DNA of 64,000 bases. Source: an uncultured Actinomycetes bacterium. Lineage in GTDB: Bacteria > Actinomycetota > Acidimicrobiia > IMCC26256 > DASPTH01. Location: NCBI GenBank assembly GCA_963756895.1, contig CAVWPI010000001.1, positions 50,664-114,663 on the forward strand, read 5' to 3'. The position numbers and the translations under genes are program-made. A model generated the notes under the pieces. That model was not told the DNA's origin and did no database searches. It was given only the letters and a program-made list of their open reading frames with translations. Shown here piece after piece: positions 49,818 through 59,309 of this stretch (position 1 is the stretch's first letter; every line of letters starts with the position of its first letter).

Positions 49818-50855
49818 ATGAGAACACTCGCGTCGCGTCGGATCGCCCGCGCCGCGGCCCGCGCCGACGCGCTCGTGGCCGAGGGCCGGGTGCTCGATGC
49901 CGTCGACCTGCTGACCGAGGCCGACCGCAGCGCGCACGACCCCGAGCTCGAGCGTCGGCTCGTCCCGCTCCGGCACGAGGCCTACTGGGAGCTGCCGCGC
50001 CCGTCGACCGACTCCCCGTGGCCCGTCATCGCGCCCGGCGACGACCTCGTCGCTGCGGGTCTGCCCGTCGTCGCTCCCGAGGATCTCACCCCCGAGGCGA
50101 TCAGCACCGGCATCGCGCGGCACGGGTGCCTGCACGTGCGCCGGCTCGTCCCCGAGGCGCGCGTGGAGCGCCTCGTCGACGGCATCGATCGCGCCATGGC
50201 CGGCTTCGACGCGCACGCGACCGGCGAGAGCGTCGAGCGGACGACGCCGTGGTTCGAGCCGTTCACACCGCGCAAGGAGTACTCGGTGGGCGTCAAGCGC
50301 TCGTGGGTGCGCGACGCCGGTGGGGTGTGGACGGCCGACTCGCCCCGCGTGCTCGCCGACCTCATCGACACCCTCCAGGCGGTCGGGCTCGCGCCGCTCA
50401 TCACCGCCTACCTGGGTGAGCGCCCCGTGCTCTCGGTGAACAAGTGCACGCTCCGGCGCGTCGGGGTCGAGCCCGGGGACGCGAACTGGCACCAGGACGG
50501 CGCGTTCCTCGGCAAGGGCATCCGCAGCCTGAACGTCTGGATGTCGCTCTCGCACTGCGGCGTCGACGCCCCCGGCCTCGATGTCGTGCCGCGCCGCTTC
50601 GAGGAGGTGCTCGAAACCGGTACCGATGGCGCGATCTTCCCCTGGACCGTCGGCCCGGGCCTGATCGACCGCGTGTCCGAAGGAGCCCCGGTGTGCCGGC
50701 CGGTCTTCGAACCGGGCGACGTCCTCCTCTTCGACGACCTGTTCCTCCACCGGACCGCGGCCGACCCGACCATGACGCACCTGCGACACGCGATCGAGAC
50801 GTGGTTCTTCGCGCCGTCGGCGTACCCGGATGGGCAGATCCCGCTCGTCTTCTGA
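49818..50855 (+). CDS. PhyH-family Fe(II)/2OG dioxygenase with N-terminal extension (family member 4, intact)
   Basis: Uninterrupted 345-aa ORF. Motifs GRVLDAVDLLTEADR, WHQDGAF, NVWMSLSHCGVDAPGLDVV, PGDVLLFDDLFLHRTA and AIETWFFAPSAY. Confidence 0.85.
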   Translation: MRTLASRRIARAAARADALVAEGRVLDAVDLLTEADRSAHDPELERRLVPLRHEAYWELPRPSTDSPWPVIAPGDDLVAAGLPVVAPEDLTPEAISTGIARHGCLHVRRLVPEARVERLVDGIDRAMAGFDAHATGESVERTTPWFEPFTPRKEYSVGVKRSWVRDAGGVWTADSPRVLADLIDTLQAVGLAPLITAYLGERPVLSVNKCTLRRVGVEPGDANWHQDGAFLGKGIRSLNVWMSLSHCGVDAPGLDVVPRRFEEVLETGTDGAIFPWTVGPGLIDRVSEGAPVCRPVFEPGDVLLFDDLFLHRTAADPTMTHLRHAIETWFFAPSAYPDGQIPLVF

Positions 50856-50879
50856 GACTCCTGGCCGGCGAGGTGCCGG

Positions 50880-52735
50880 TCAATGGTCGACGATCACGGA
50901 GACGGGCGCGCTCACGGTCTCGTCGCCGGTCTCGTCCGTCGCGGCGGCCGTGATCGTGTAGCGACCGTTCGGGAGTTGCGACGGGTCGAGCTGGTGGACC
51001 CAACCGAAGAGGCTCTTCGTCGCCCGGAAGGTCGTCACGTCAGGATCGTCATCGCGCCGGAACCGGAAGTCGACCGTGGCGATCGAGACCGTGCCCGATG
51101 TCTCGGCGACCAGAGCAGTCGCCCCCGAGAGGCGAGCGTGGGGGAGGGGCTGGCGCATCGTGATCTCCACGGAGGCGACACGACACGCGCCCGGCGCGTC
51201 GACGATCCAGGGCCGGGTGCCCGGCGGCCCGGGTAACCCGACGGTGGCGGTCGAGTCGGGCGGGAATCGTGCCGATCTCGGTGGCGGTCTCCTCGAAGCG
51301 CCGAAGCCGAACCGTGACGTCACGGGCACCCGCGCGAAGCACGACGGCGCGTTCCGCCACCGGTACCGGGCGCGCAACCGGAATGCAACGAGCTGACGCC
51401 GCGTTCGGAGTCGCGACGGGGCGAACGTCAGCGAGCGCGATGATCGACGCGTCGGCGTCCTTCGAGCGCGAGCCCGGTGGCGCGCCGTACTCGGCAACGA
51501 GATGTCGGTATTGCCCCGCAGACAGCGTCGCGAGCCCGCCGAGTCGCAGCGTCACGTCGTCCGGAACGACCGCCGGATCCAGGTTCCCGACGATCGTGTT
51601 GATCCGAACCAGCCGGTAGGAGTCCGCCAGCCCCTGCTGGTTGTCGAAGATGGCGCCGTGGTTCAACACGACCACGGCCGCGGCGAGCGCAACGCCTCCC
51701 GCGAGACCGGCCGGCCGATCGAGCAGTCGCCGGGTCGTCGGGCGCGCCGGCAGCGCCGGCAGGAACGCGAGCACGAGGAACGACGAGCCGATGAGGTCGT
51801 ACCGAACGACGTCGGTGCCGACCACCACTCCGCGCGAGTACGCCACACCGACCCACCAGGCGACGAGTGCGACCGTCCACGCGATCTCGTGGCGGCAGGC
51901 TCGAACACCCTGGCGAAGCCGCCAGCAGAGCACCAGGACGAACGCGATCCCGAGGAGGACGGCGAGCACACGATTGTCGAACACAAGACCTCGGAACGAC
52001 GCTGCGATGCCGTCGAACACGAACTCGATCACCTGCGAGAGCGAATTGTCACCGCGACTACGGGTCGTCTGCGAGAGCAGCCACCACGTCGTCCAGCCTG
52101 CCAACGGCACGAGGACGGCGAGCCACCGCGACCGCGGCGCCGCGCGCCAGCAGGACATAGGTCAGGAGGCCGGCTCCGGCAGCGACGGCCAGACCTGCGG
52201 TGCACAACGCGAAGGCGAACGCCACCGCGAGTGAGACGTCGGCGACCACGCCGTCCTTCGTCAGCAACCACACGCAGAGGATGATCGCGGTGAGCGCCAG
52301 GTAGTGGTCGAATGCCGAAGGGTTCACCACGAAGTTCGGGTACCACAGGAACGTGGCCCCCACGACCAAGGCGACGACGCTCCCGACGCGAGCGCGCACG
52401 GCGAGGAACAGCGCCACGGCGACGGCGGCGCCGCTGACGACGCTGAGGAGCCGGAGCGGAAATGCCGTCTGGAAGCCGAACACGGTATAGAGCGAGTGGT
52501 AGAGCGCGATCGGCACGACGTTCAAGGTGTCGTTGTACGGCTGGAAGTAGTCGCCGATCGACCCGCCCCGTTGCGCCAGACGCCAGTCGTCGGCGAGGAA
52601 GCCGAGGCTGTTCGCCTTCACGAGGTAGCACACGATGGTTCCGACGACGAGCAGCGCGAACGCGCCATCGGCCGACCAGGCCCACCGGTCGTGCCGGTCG
52701 TCGGGAGGCGGGCCAGGTCGTGTGCCTTCGACCAT
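50880..52735 (-). CDS. polytopic membrane protein (paralog of 41632..43239) with extra C-terminal Ig-like domain, two frame breaks
   Basis: ATG at 52735 (MVEGTRPG...) in ORF 52058..53476. After ~52140 it continues in ORF 51049..52158 (APRSRWLAVLVPLAGWTTWWLL). After ~51260 it continues in ORF 50880..51497 (PDSTATVGLPGPPGTRPWIVDAPGACRV...LPNGRYTITAAATDETGDETVSAPVSVIVDH). Confidence 0.6.
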
Positions 52736-52770
52736 GAGCGGGCTCGAGGAGGACTTCGCTTTCTCTACGT

Positions 52771-53595
52771 TCACGAGGTGCGGGCGCGCCGGTACGGGCG
52801 TCGACGCACGACCACGAGCTGCACCCACAAGTCGGCCAGTCCGCCGAAGCGTGCGGACGACGGCGCCCACCCGGAAGAATTCCGACGTGCCGTGGACGCG
52901 TCGGTAGTGATGCACGCCGACCTCGGTGAAGCGCGCGTCGACGTCCTGCAGCTTGCGCACCAGCTCGACGCAGATCACGCCCGTCGTGTGTACGAGCTCC
53001 ACCTCGTCGAGCGTCGCCCGACGGATGAGCCGGAAGTCGCAGTCGACGTCACGGATCCGCAGCCCGAAGACGAACTTCACGAAGAGCCGGTACCGCGCCC
53101 GACCACCTCGCGCACGGGACCGTCGGCGCGCCGCAGCTTGTAACCCTGCACGACGTCGACGTTGTTGGACGCGTGCTGCACGAGCACCTCGAGCTCGGCG
53201 GCGTCGTACTGACCGTCGCCGTCGGTGTAGAAGACCCACTGCTTCTTCGCCGCTTCGAAGCCGGACAGGAGGGCGCCGCCGTAGCCGCGGTTGCGGGAAT
53301 GGGTGACCACCCGCAGCATCGGCTCCTCGGCGGCGAGCTCGGCCAGCACCGCGGCGGACCCGTCGGTCGACCCGTCGTTCACCACGATGACCTCGGCGTC
53401 GCACACGCCTGTCTTCTTCAGCGTGGCGACGGCAACGCGCACCATCTCGGCGATGGTGGCTTCGTCGTTGTAACACGGGAAGAAGACCGAGATGGTCTCG
53501 ACCGCAGCGTTCCGGCTGACCTGCCGCCCGACCGCGTGCATGGCGGATACCTCTGCCACCGGACGCCCCCCGACGTCGAAGATGGGCAGGATCAT
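52771..53595 (-). CDS. GT2 polyprenol-phosphate glycosyltransferase-like (DPM1/GtrB type), two frame breaks
   Basis: ATG at 53595 in ORF 53077..54852 (ISVFFPCYNDEATIAEMV...VIVVNDGSTDGS...HSRNRGYGGAL...FYTDGDGQYD). After ~53095 it continues in ORF 52058..53476 (YRLFVKFVFGLRIRDVDCDFRLIRR). After ~52850 a third frame gives FGGLADLWVQLVVVRRRPYRRARTS, with the stop at 52771. Confidence 0.65.
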
Positions 53596-53651
53596 CGCAC
53601 GGCGGGTCGAGCCGTGCTCAGAGGTGCGCCTGCCCGGGTGACCCGAACGCG

Positions 53652-56600
53652 TCACCGCACGCGCTTGAGGAACCCCTGCGGGTTGAAGGTCAGGCCCGCC
53701 CGCTCGAGGTCGAGGTCCGGAACGAAGTCGTCGCGAGCGGCGAGGGACTGCCGGGCTGCTTCGAACGGCCCCGGGCCGAAGCTGGGCCACACCGGGTGAC
53801 CGTTGACGATCGTCTCCTCCATCACGACGTACGACCCCGGCGGGACCAGGGGCGCATAGAGGGCGAATTCCGCCATCATGCGCTGGCGGTTGCCGCGCGA
53901 GCCGAGCACGACGAGCGCGTTCGGGGGCTCGCCGACGTGCTCCCGTACCCGTTGCGCGGTGCCGGCATGGGTCGGGTGACCGGCGAGGTAGGTGATCCGC
54001 GGGTGCCTCGGCAGGTCGTCGCCCGGATCCTCGTCGATCGACAGCACCTGGCCGGCACCGAGCAGCTCGCAGATCGACGCGAGGAACATCGCCCGGCCGC
54101 CGGCGCCGGTCCCGGTCTCCACGATCCACTCGGGACGGAGGCGCGAGATCAGCTCCTGGTAGGCGATGAGGTCGGTCGCGGGCCGGGCCACCGGTCGCCC
54201 GAGCCACGTGGTGTCCTGCCAGGCGTGACTGTGCCAGAACGCGTCGACGAACTCCGCCTTGAGGTCGTCGGGGATCGGCACCGCCTGGGGGGAGAGACCC
54301 TCCGGATCGGGGAGCCCGGCCTTGAACCGGTTCGGGATCGCCCGCCGGCGCGGCTTCGTGCGTGCGGCTCGTGGCGGCATGCTGCCCACGAAGTGCAACA
54401 TGCCGTTCGGGCCGCGGAAGGGGCGGCCCCGGACCTCGGCGTACTGCTCCGCGTAGCTCACGAGGCGGCGACGCCGCTCGTCGGCATCCGCCACGTTGGT
54501 CGTCGTGCCGCCGTGCACCTGGTGGAACGAGCCCTCGCCCATCATCGTGGCCAGCGTGACCCCGGGCGTCGACGCCAGCCGCTCGAAGAGCTCGAGGTTC
54601 GCGTAGCCGCCGCCGGGCACCGAGAAGCCCTCGTCGAAGGCGCCGACCTGCTCGAGCGTCCGTCGCGGCACGAAGACGCAATTGCTCTCCCAGATGCCGT
54701 CGAACCAGTCGCGATCGCCGATGAAGTGGCCGACGTCGAAGAGCCGGTAGCCGTCGACGGGCCACTCGATCTCCGCGAACAGGCGGTCTTCGAACTCGCG
54801 GTCGTAGCCGAGCCGTTCCACCTCGCCCTGCTGGCCCGGACCCACGTACCACTGCTGGGTGGCCACGATGGCCGGTGCGTAGGTGGCGAGTCCGGCCATC
54901 CCGTAGCGGAGGACGCCCGGTGTGAGGACGTGCGCGCCGTCGATCATGAGCGCGAACGCGTCACCAGTGCCGAGGGCGACACCGCGGTTGAGCGCGTGGA
55001 CCGGCGACGGTGTCGCCTCACCTTCGAGGTCGACGTAGCGGAACTCGGGACCGAACCCGCGGACGAAGTCCTCGCCCAGCTTCTGGTCCTGGTCCGATCC
55101 GTTCTCGAGGACGATGACCTCGTAGTCGAGTTCGTCGACGCCACGCTGGTACGCGCGCGACAACGACTGCAGCGTGCGCTCCGCTTCGCGTCGCATGTTG
55201 TAGACGGCGACGACCACCGACAGGTCTTTGTGCGTCGAGCGCGTCGTAGCCGGGAACGCCACGCGCGCGAGGGACACCGGGCGTTTGCGTTCGGCGGGCT
55301 CGGACCGAGTCCCAGGCTCGGCTTTCCGCCAGTAGACCGCCGCCCCGTCGACACGCTCCAGCGGCTCGGCGACGTGTCGCCGGCCCCGGAACTCCTCGAC
55401 CGCACGTGCCACCGTCGGCGTCGAGAACCCGTCCACGACCACGATGCCACCGACCGCGACCTTGTCGTACAGCGCGTCGAGCGCTTGGCCGAGCGCGCCC
55501 TCGAGGTCGTCGCCGATGCGCAGCAACGCGATCCCGTCGATCGGGGCATCGACCAGGGTGTGCGCCGGCGGGCCCTGTAGGAACCGGACCTCGTCGTCGA
55601 GCAGCCCGAAGCGCGCAAACGCTTCGCGCACGTTGTTCAGGTCGGCGAACCCGGCGGCGGTCGCGTCGCCGTCATCCGATGACCGCGCACGGAACGTGTC
55701 GACGACCCAGACCTGGCGGGCGTGCAGCTCGTGCGCGGCGAGAAACCCACGCAGGAAGACGGCCCCTCCGCCGCGTCCGGTCCCGCACTCGACCAGGTCG
55801 CCCGGGACGGCCTCGTCGACGATCGTCTCGAGGCACCGCTGGAGGTGGTCGAGACGGACGCGCCCCATCGTGGCGTACGCGTAGCCGGGCGCCTCGTCCG
55901 GTCCCGCGGTCGTACCCGCACGCTGTGCGTTCTCCAGGCGCCGTCGTGCCTCGTGTTGGCGGCGCGTCGGGTCGCGGAGGATCGCCGGGTCGGCCGGGGT
56001 GCCGCGTTCGAGGCACCGCGCGAGGTAGTCGATCCGCAGCTCGTTCTCCAGGTACTGCTCGTCGAGCAGCGCGCCCTTGAGCAGGTCGAGGTACCGCTCG
56101 GCCGCCCGCGCCAGCTTCTGCTCGTGCTGCGACTCGGTCGAGTGCTGGTACACCATTCCCTCGAGTCGGATCTCCTCGCCGAGCTCCAGGAGCTGCCGAC
56201 CCTTGCCCTCGACCTCGAGTCGGTCGAACAGCTCGACGAGCTCCGGCGAGCGTGCGAGCCGTTCCTCGTCGGCGACGAGCGCAAGGCCGAAGTAGAGCGG
56301 GAGCACCACGCGCCGCAGGGGCCGGTCGTGTTCGGCGACGAAGTCGTCGAGCGCGGTCATGACACCGTTCCGGGCTCCGCCTTCGCGGGTGGCGTTGTAC
56401 ATCGTGTAGTTGAGCCCGCCCCCGGCGAGCACCAGCCCGGGCTTGTCCCGCTTCATGCCGCGTTGCGCGTACTTCTTGCGGAACTCCGCCGGGATCTGTT
56501 CCGGTGCGTAGTAGAGGTCGCGCCGCCCGTACGGCCAGCACACGTCGTGCATGATCAGCAGCGGGAGCGGCGCGCCGGCATCCCGAGCCGTCGCCGCCAG

Positions 56601-56912
56601 CAGCTTCAGCTCGTTGTAGACGGTGTACCAGTTGTGGTCACCGTCGACCAGGGCTGCATCCATCGCGGGAAGATGCGGCAGCACGTTGAGGCTGAGGTCG
56701 CGGTGGAGCGTGTAGCGGCCGGGGAACTTGTCTTGGTGCTCGGTGGGATCGAACGCCGGTGCCGGATCGATCACGTGCACCTCGGCGTCGGGGCCGAGGT
56801 GATCGAGCATCAGCACGGTCGTCTCGCCGCGGAGCGCGCCGATCTCGACGACACGCTTGGCCGCGATGGCGTCGAGGGCCGGAGCGATGACGATCTCCCA
56901 GAAGGGGAACAT
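53652..56912 (-). CDS. four-domain enzyme, intact 1086 aa: class I MT-fold (Methyltransf_24-like) + TylF-like O-methyltransferase + GT2 + CmcI-like MT-fold
   Basis: Single uninterrupted ORF with ATG at 56912. Domain 1: aa 1-215 (nt 56912-56268), VVEIGALRGETT...VDGDHNWYTV. TylF domain: aa ~270-530 (nt 56105-55323), MGRVRLDHLQRCLETIVDEAVPGDLVECGTGRGGGAVFL...VWVVDTF. GT2 domain: aa ~562-800 (nt 55229-54513), LSVVVAVYNMRREAERTL...VIVLENGS. CmcI domain: aa ~885-1086 (nt 54260-53655), TTWLGRPVARPATDLIAYQELISRLRPEWIVETGTGAGG. Confidence 0.85.
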   Translation of the reverse strand: MFPFWEIVIAPALDAIAAKRVVEIGALRGETTVLMLDHLGPDAEVHVIDPAPAFDPTEHQDKFPGRYTLHRDLSLNVLPHLPAMDAALVDGDHNWYTVYNELKLLAATARDAGAPLPLLIMHDVCWPYGRRDLYYAPEQIPAEFRKKYAQRGMKRDKPGLVLAGGGLNYTMYNATREGGARNGVMTALDDFVAEHDRPLRRVVLPLYFGLALVADEERLARSPELVELFDRLEVEGKGRQLLELGEEIRLEGMVYQHSTESQHEQKLARAAERYLDLLKGALLDEQYLENELRIDYLARCLERGTPADPAILRDPTRRQHEARRRLENAQRAGTTAGPDEAPGYAYATMGRVRLDHLQRCLETIVDEAVPGDLVECGTGRGGGAVFLRGFLAAHELHARQVWVVDTFRARSSDDGDATAAGFADLNNVREAFARFGLLDDEVRFLQGPPAHTLVDAPIDGIALLRIGDDLEGALGQALDALYDKVAVGGIVVVDGFSTPTVARAVEEFRGRRHVAEPLERVDGAAVYWRKAEPGTRSEPAERKRPVSLARVAFPATTRSTHKDLSVVVAVYNMRREAERTLQSLSRAYQRGVDELDYEVIVLENGSDQDQKLGEDFVRGFGPEFRYVDLEGEATPSPVHALNRGVALGTGDAFALMIDGAHVLTPGVLRYGMAGLATYAPAIVATQQWYVGPGQQGEVERLGYDREFEDRLFAEIEWPVDGYRLFDVGHFIGDRDWFDGIWESNCVFVPRRTLEQVGAFDEGFSVPGGGYANLELFERLASTPGVTLATMMGEGSFHQVHGGTTTNVADADERRRRLVSYAEQYAEVRGRPFRGPNGMLHFVGSMPPRAARTKPRRRAIPNRFKAGLPDPEGLSPQAVPIPDDLKAEFVDAFWHSHAWQDTTWLGRPVARPATDLIAYQELISRLRPEWIVETGTGAGGRAMFLASICELLGAGQVLSIDEDPGDDLPRHPRITYLAGHPTHAGTAQRVREHVGEPPNALVVLGSRGNRQRMMAEFALYAPLVPPGSYVVMEETIVNGHPVWPSFGPGPFEAARQSLAARDDFVPDLDLERAGLTFNPQGFLKRVR

Positions 56913-57061
56913 GACGGTGCGCAGATCTCCTTTCGACGGCGCTCGCAGCCCGACCGGTCACCGGTGCAACCGCGCTCACGATCGCACGGCACCAGGTTCC
57001 GGGCAACCTGACCGCTGCCGAGACGGTCCGCTTGGTGTTCGATACGATGCCAGCTTCTCCG

Positions 57062-59309
57062 ATGACGCACCGAAATGCAGTACGGACACTCCTGTTCGCG
57101 GTCCCCGTCGTGTTGGCCCTGACGACGTTCGCCGCGACTGGTTCCGCGCAGGGCGCGACGCCACGGGCTGATTCGACGACCACCACCGCGCCGGCGCAGG
57201 TGTGTCCCGTGGGCGAGCCCTCCCGGGAGGCGCAGGTGTCGTTCGAACGCCCGCTGCCGACCCCGACCCCGACCCCGACCCGGCCTGCACCCGAGCGGCC
57301 GGCGACGCTGGTGGCGTCCAACCGGTCCGACCAGCTGCCGGTCTCGTTCGTCACGAACGCAGGACAGACCGACGCCCGGGTGCGCTATCTCGCGCAGGGT
57401 GACGGCTTCGCGTACTCGTTCGACGGCGGGGGAGCGCTGCTGGCGTTCCGGGAGGGAACCCGCACGCAGGTGATCAGCCTGCGCCCGGTCGACGCCAGCC
57501 CCGCCGCCACGCTCGAGGCGCGCGGCGCGGCGCCGACGACGGTGAGCTACTTCCGGGGTTCTGCCCGCTACACCGATCTGACGGCGTACGACGAGGTCGT
57601 CTACCGCGACCTCTGGCCGGGCATCGACCTGACCTTCCAGGGTCGCGGGAACAGGCTGAAGTACGAGTTCCACGTCGCACCCGGCGCGGATCCGTCCCGG
57701 ATCCGCATGGCGTACGACGGCGCCCGGGACGTCTCGCTGGGACCGGACGGTGCGCTGCAACTCGACACCGTGCTCGGCACGCTCCGCGATCCCGAGCCAC
57801 GCAGCTCGCAGGTGATCGACGGCGCCGAGGTCACGGTCCCGAGCCGCTTCGTGCTCGACCGCGCCACGCAGTCGTTCGGCTTCGCTCTCCCGTCGTACGA
57901 CCGCGAGCGCGCGCTCGTCATCGATCCCGGTCCCGGGTACTCGACCCTCATCGGCGGCTCCTCGAACGACTTCGGCATCGACATCGCCGTCGACCGGGCG
58001 GGCAACGCCTACGTCAGTGGCCAGACCATCTCCCCCGACTTCCCGACGACGCCCGGCGCGTACGACGGCACGCACGGCGGCGCCGCCGATGCGTTCGTGG
58101 CGAAGCTCGACGCCTCGGGCTCAAAGCTCGTGTACGCGACCTACCTCGGTGGAAGCGGGGCCGAGGCCGCGCTCTCCATCGCGGTCGACGACGCGGGCCG
58201 CGGCGTACGTGAGCGGTGGCAGTGCGTCGCCCGACTTCCCGACCACGCCCGGTGCGTTCAGCCGGACGCACAAACGCAACGAAGACGCCTGGGTCGCCAA
58301 GCTGAGCGCGAACGGCTCTCGTCTCGTGTACTCGACGCTGCTCCCGGGCAACGAGGTCGCCGGTGACTTCGGTGCTGCCATCGCAGTCGACGACACCGGT
58401 CACGCGTACGTCGCGGGCGGCACCGGATCCCCCGACTTCCCGTCGACGCCGAAGAGCTACGACACCACGCACAACGGCGAGGTCAACCGGCTCGATGCCT
58501 TCGTCGTGAAGCTGAAGCCCGACGGCTCCGGCCTCGAGTTCGCCACCCGCATCGGCGGTGCGTGCAACGACGCGATCACCGGGATCGTGCTCGACGACGA
58601 CAACCGGGTCTTCGTCACGGGAAGCACCGTGTCGGACGACTTCCCGACCACGGCGAAGGCGTACGACCGCGTGCGCCGGGGCGACGAGGACGTCTTCGTG
58701 TCCGAGCTCTCGGCCGACGGTCGCAGGCTGCTCGCATCGACCTACCTCGGCGGCACGGGGCTGGACTGGGCGCAGGGGATCGCCCTCGGCGAGGCCGGTG
58801 ACGTGACCGTCACCGGGTGGACGAAGTCCGGCGACTTCCCGACGACTCGGCGCGCGTTCGACCGCCACTACCACGGTGGCGAGGACGCCTTCGTCGCGCG
58901 ACTGGGCGCCGGGGGTTCCCGGCTCGTCTACTCCACCTACCTCGGCGGTGCGGGGAACGACCGCGGCCGCGGCGTCGTCGTCGACACCGCCGGGAACGCG
59001 TACGTCACCGGCGCGACGTCCTCCGCCGAGTTCCCGACCACACGGGACGCGCGCACCGCGAAGCACGTCGGCGATCAGGACGCCTTCGTCACCAAGCTGA
59101 ACCCGACCGGCTCTCGGCTCGGCTACTCGACGTTCATCGGCGGCACCGCGCTCGACTTCGGCCGCGCCATCGCCATCGACGCCGATCGGAACGTGTACGT
59201 CACCGGACGAACGGAGTCCGCCGACTTCCCGGCGACGGTGGACCCGCTCGGCACGTCATCGGGAAACCGGGAGGCCTTCGTCGTGAAGCTGGACCGCCAT
59301 GGCCGCTGA
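57062..59309 (+). CDS. secreted SBBP beta-propeller-repeat protein, one frame break
   Basis: Signal peptide MTHRNAVRTLLFAVPVVLALTTFAATGSAQG (ATG 57062, ORF 57032..58366). It has at least 8 repeats of the pattern DAFV(A/T)KL...GS.L.Y(S/A)TYLGG...IAVD..GNAYV(T/S)G.T.S.DFPTT. The frame switches near 58200 into ORF 58017..59309. Confidence 0.7.

Noticed and set aside
43329-50855. Fe(II)/2OG halogenases among the PhyH paralogs.
   Set aside because: All copies keep an Asp in the H-x-D position (WHQDG, PPHQDYP) rather than the Ala/Gly seen in halogenases.
5034-56912. A secondary-metabolite (macrolide or aminoglycoside deoxysugar) gene cluster, suggested by the TylF-like, TylCIII-like, CmcI-like, DegT and PhyH genes.
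   Set aside because: No PKS, NRPS, terpene or aminocyclitol core genes are visible anywhere in the 64 kb. The context is Wzy/Wzz polymerisation with many GT2/GT4/WbsX genes, deacetylases and exported proteins, so this is a cell-surface glycan locus.
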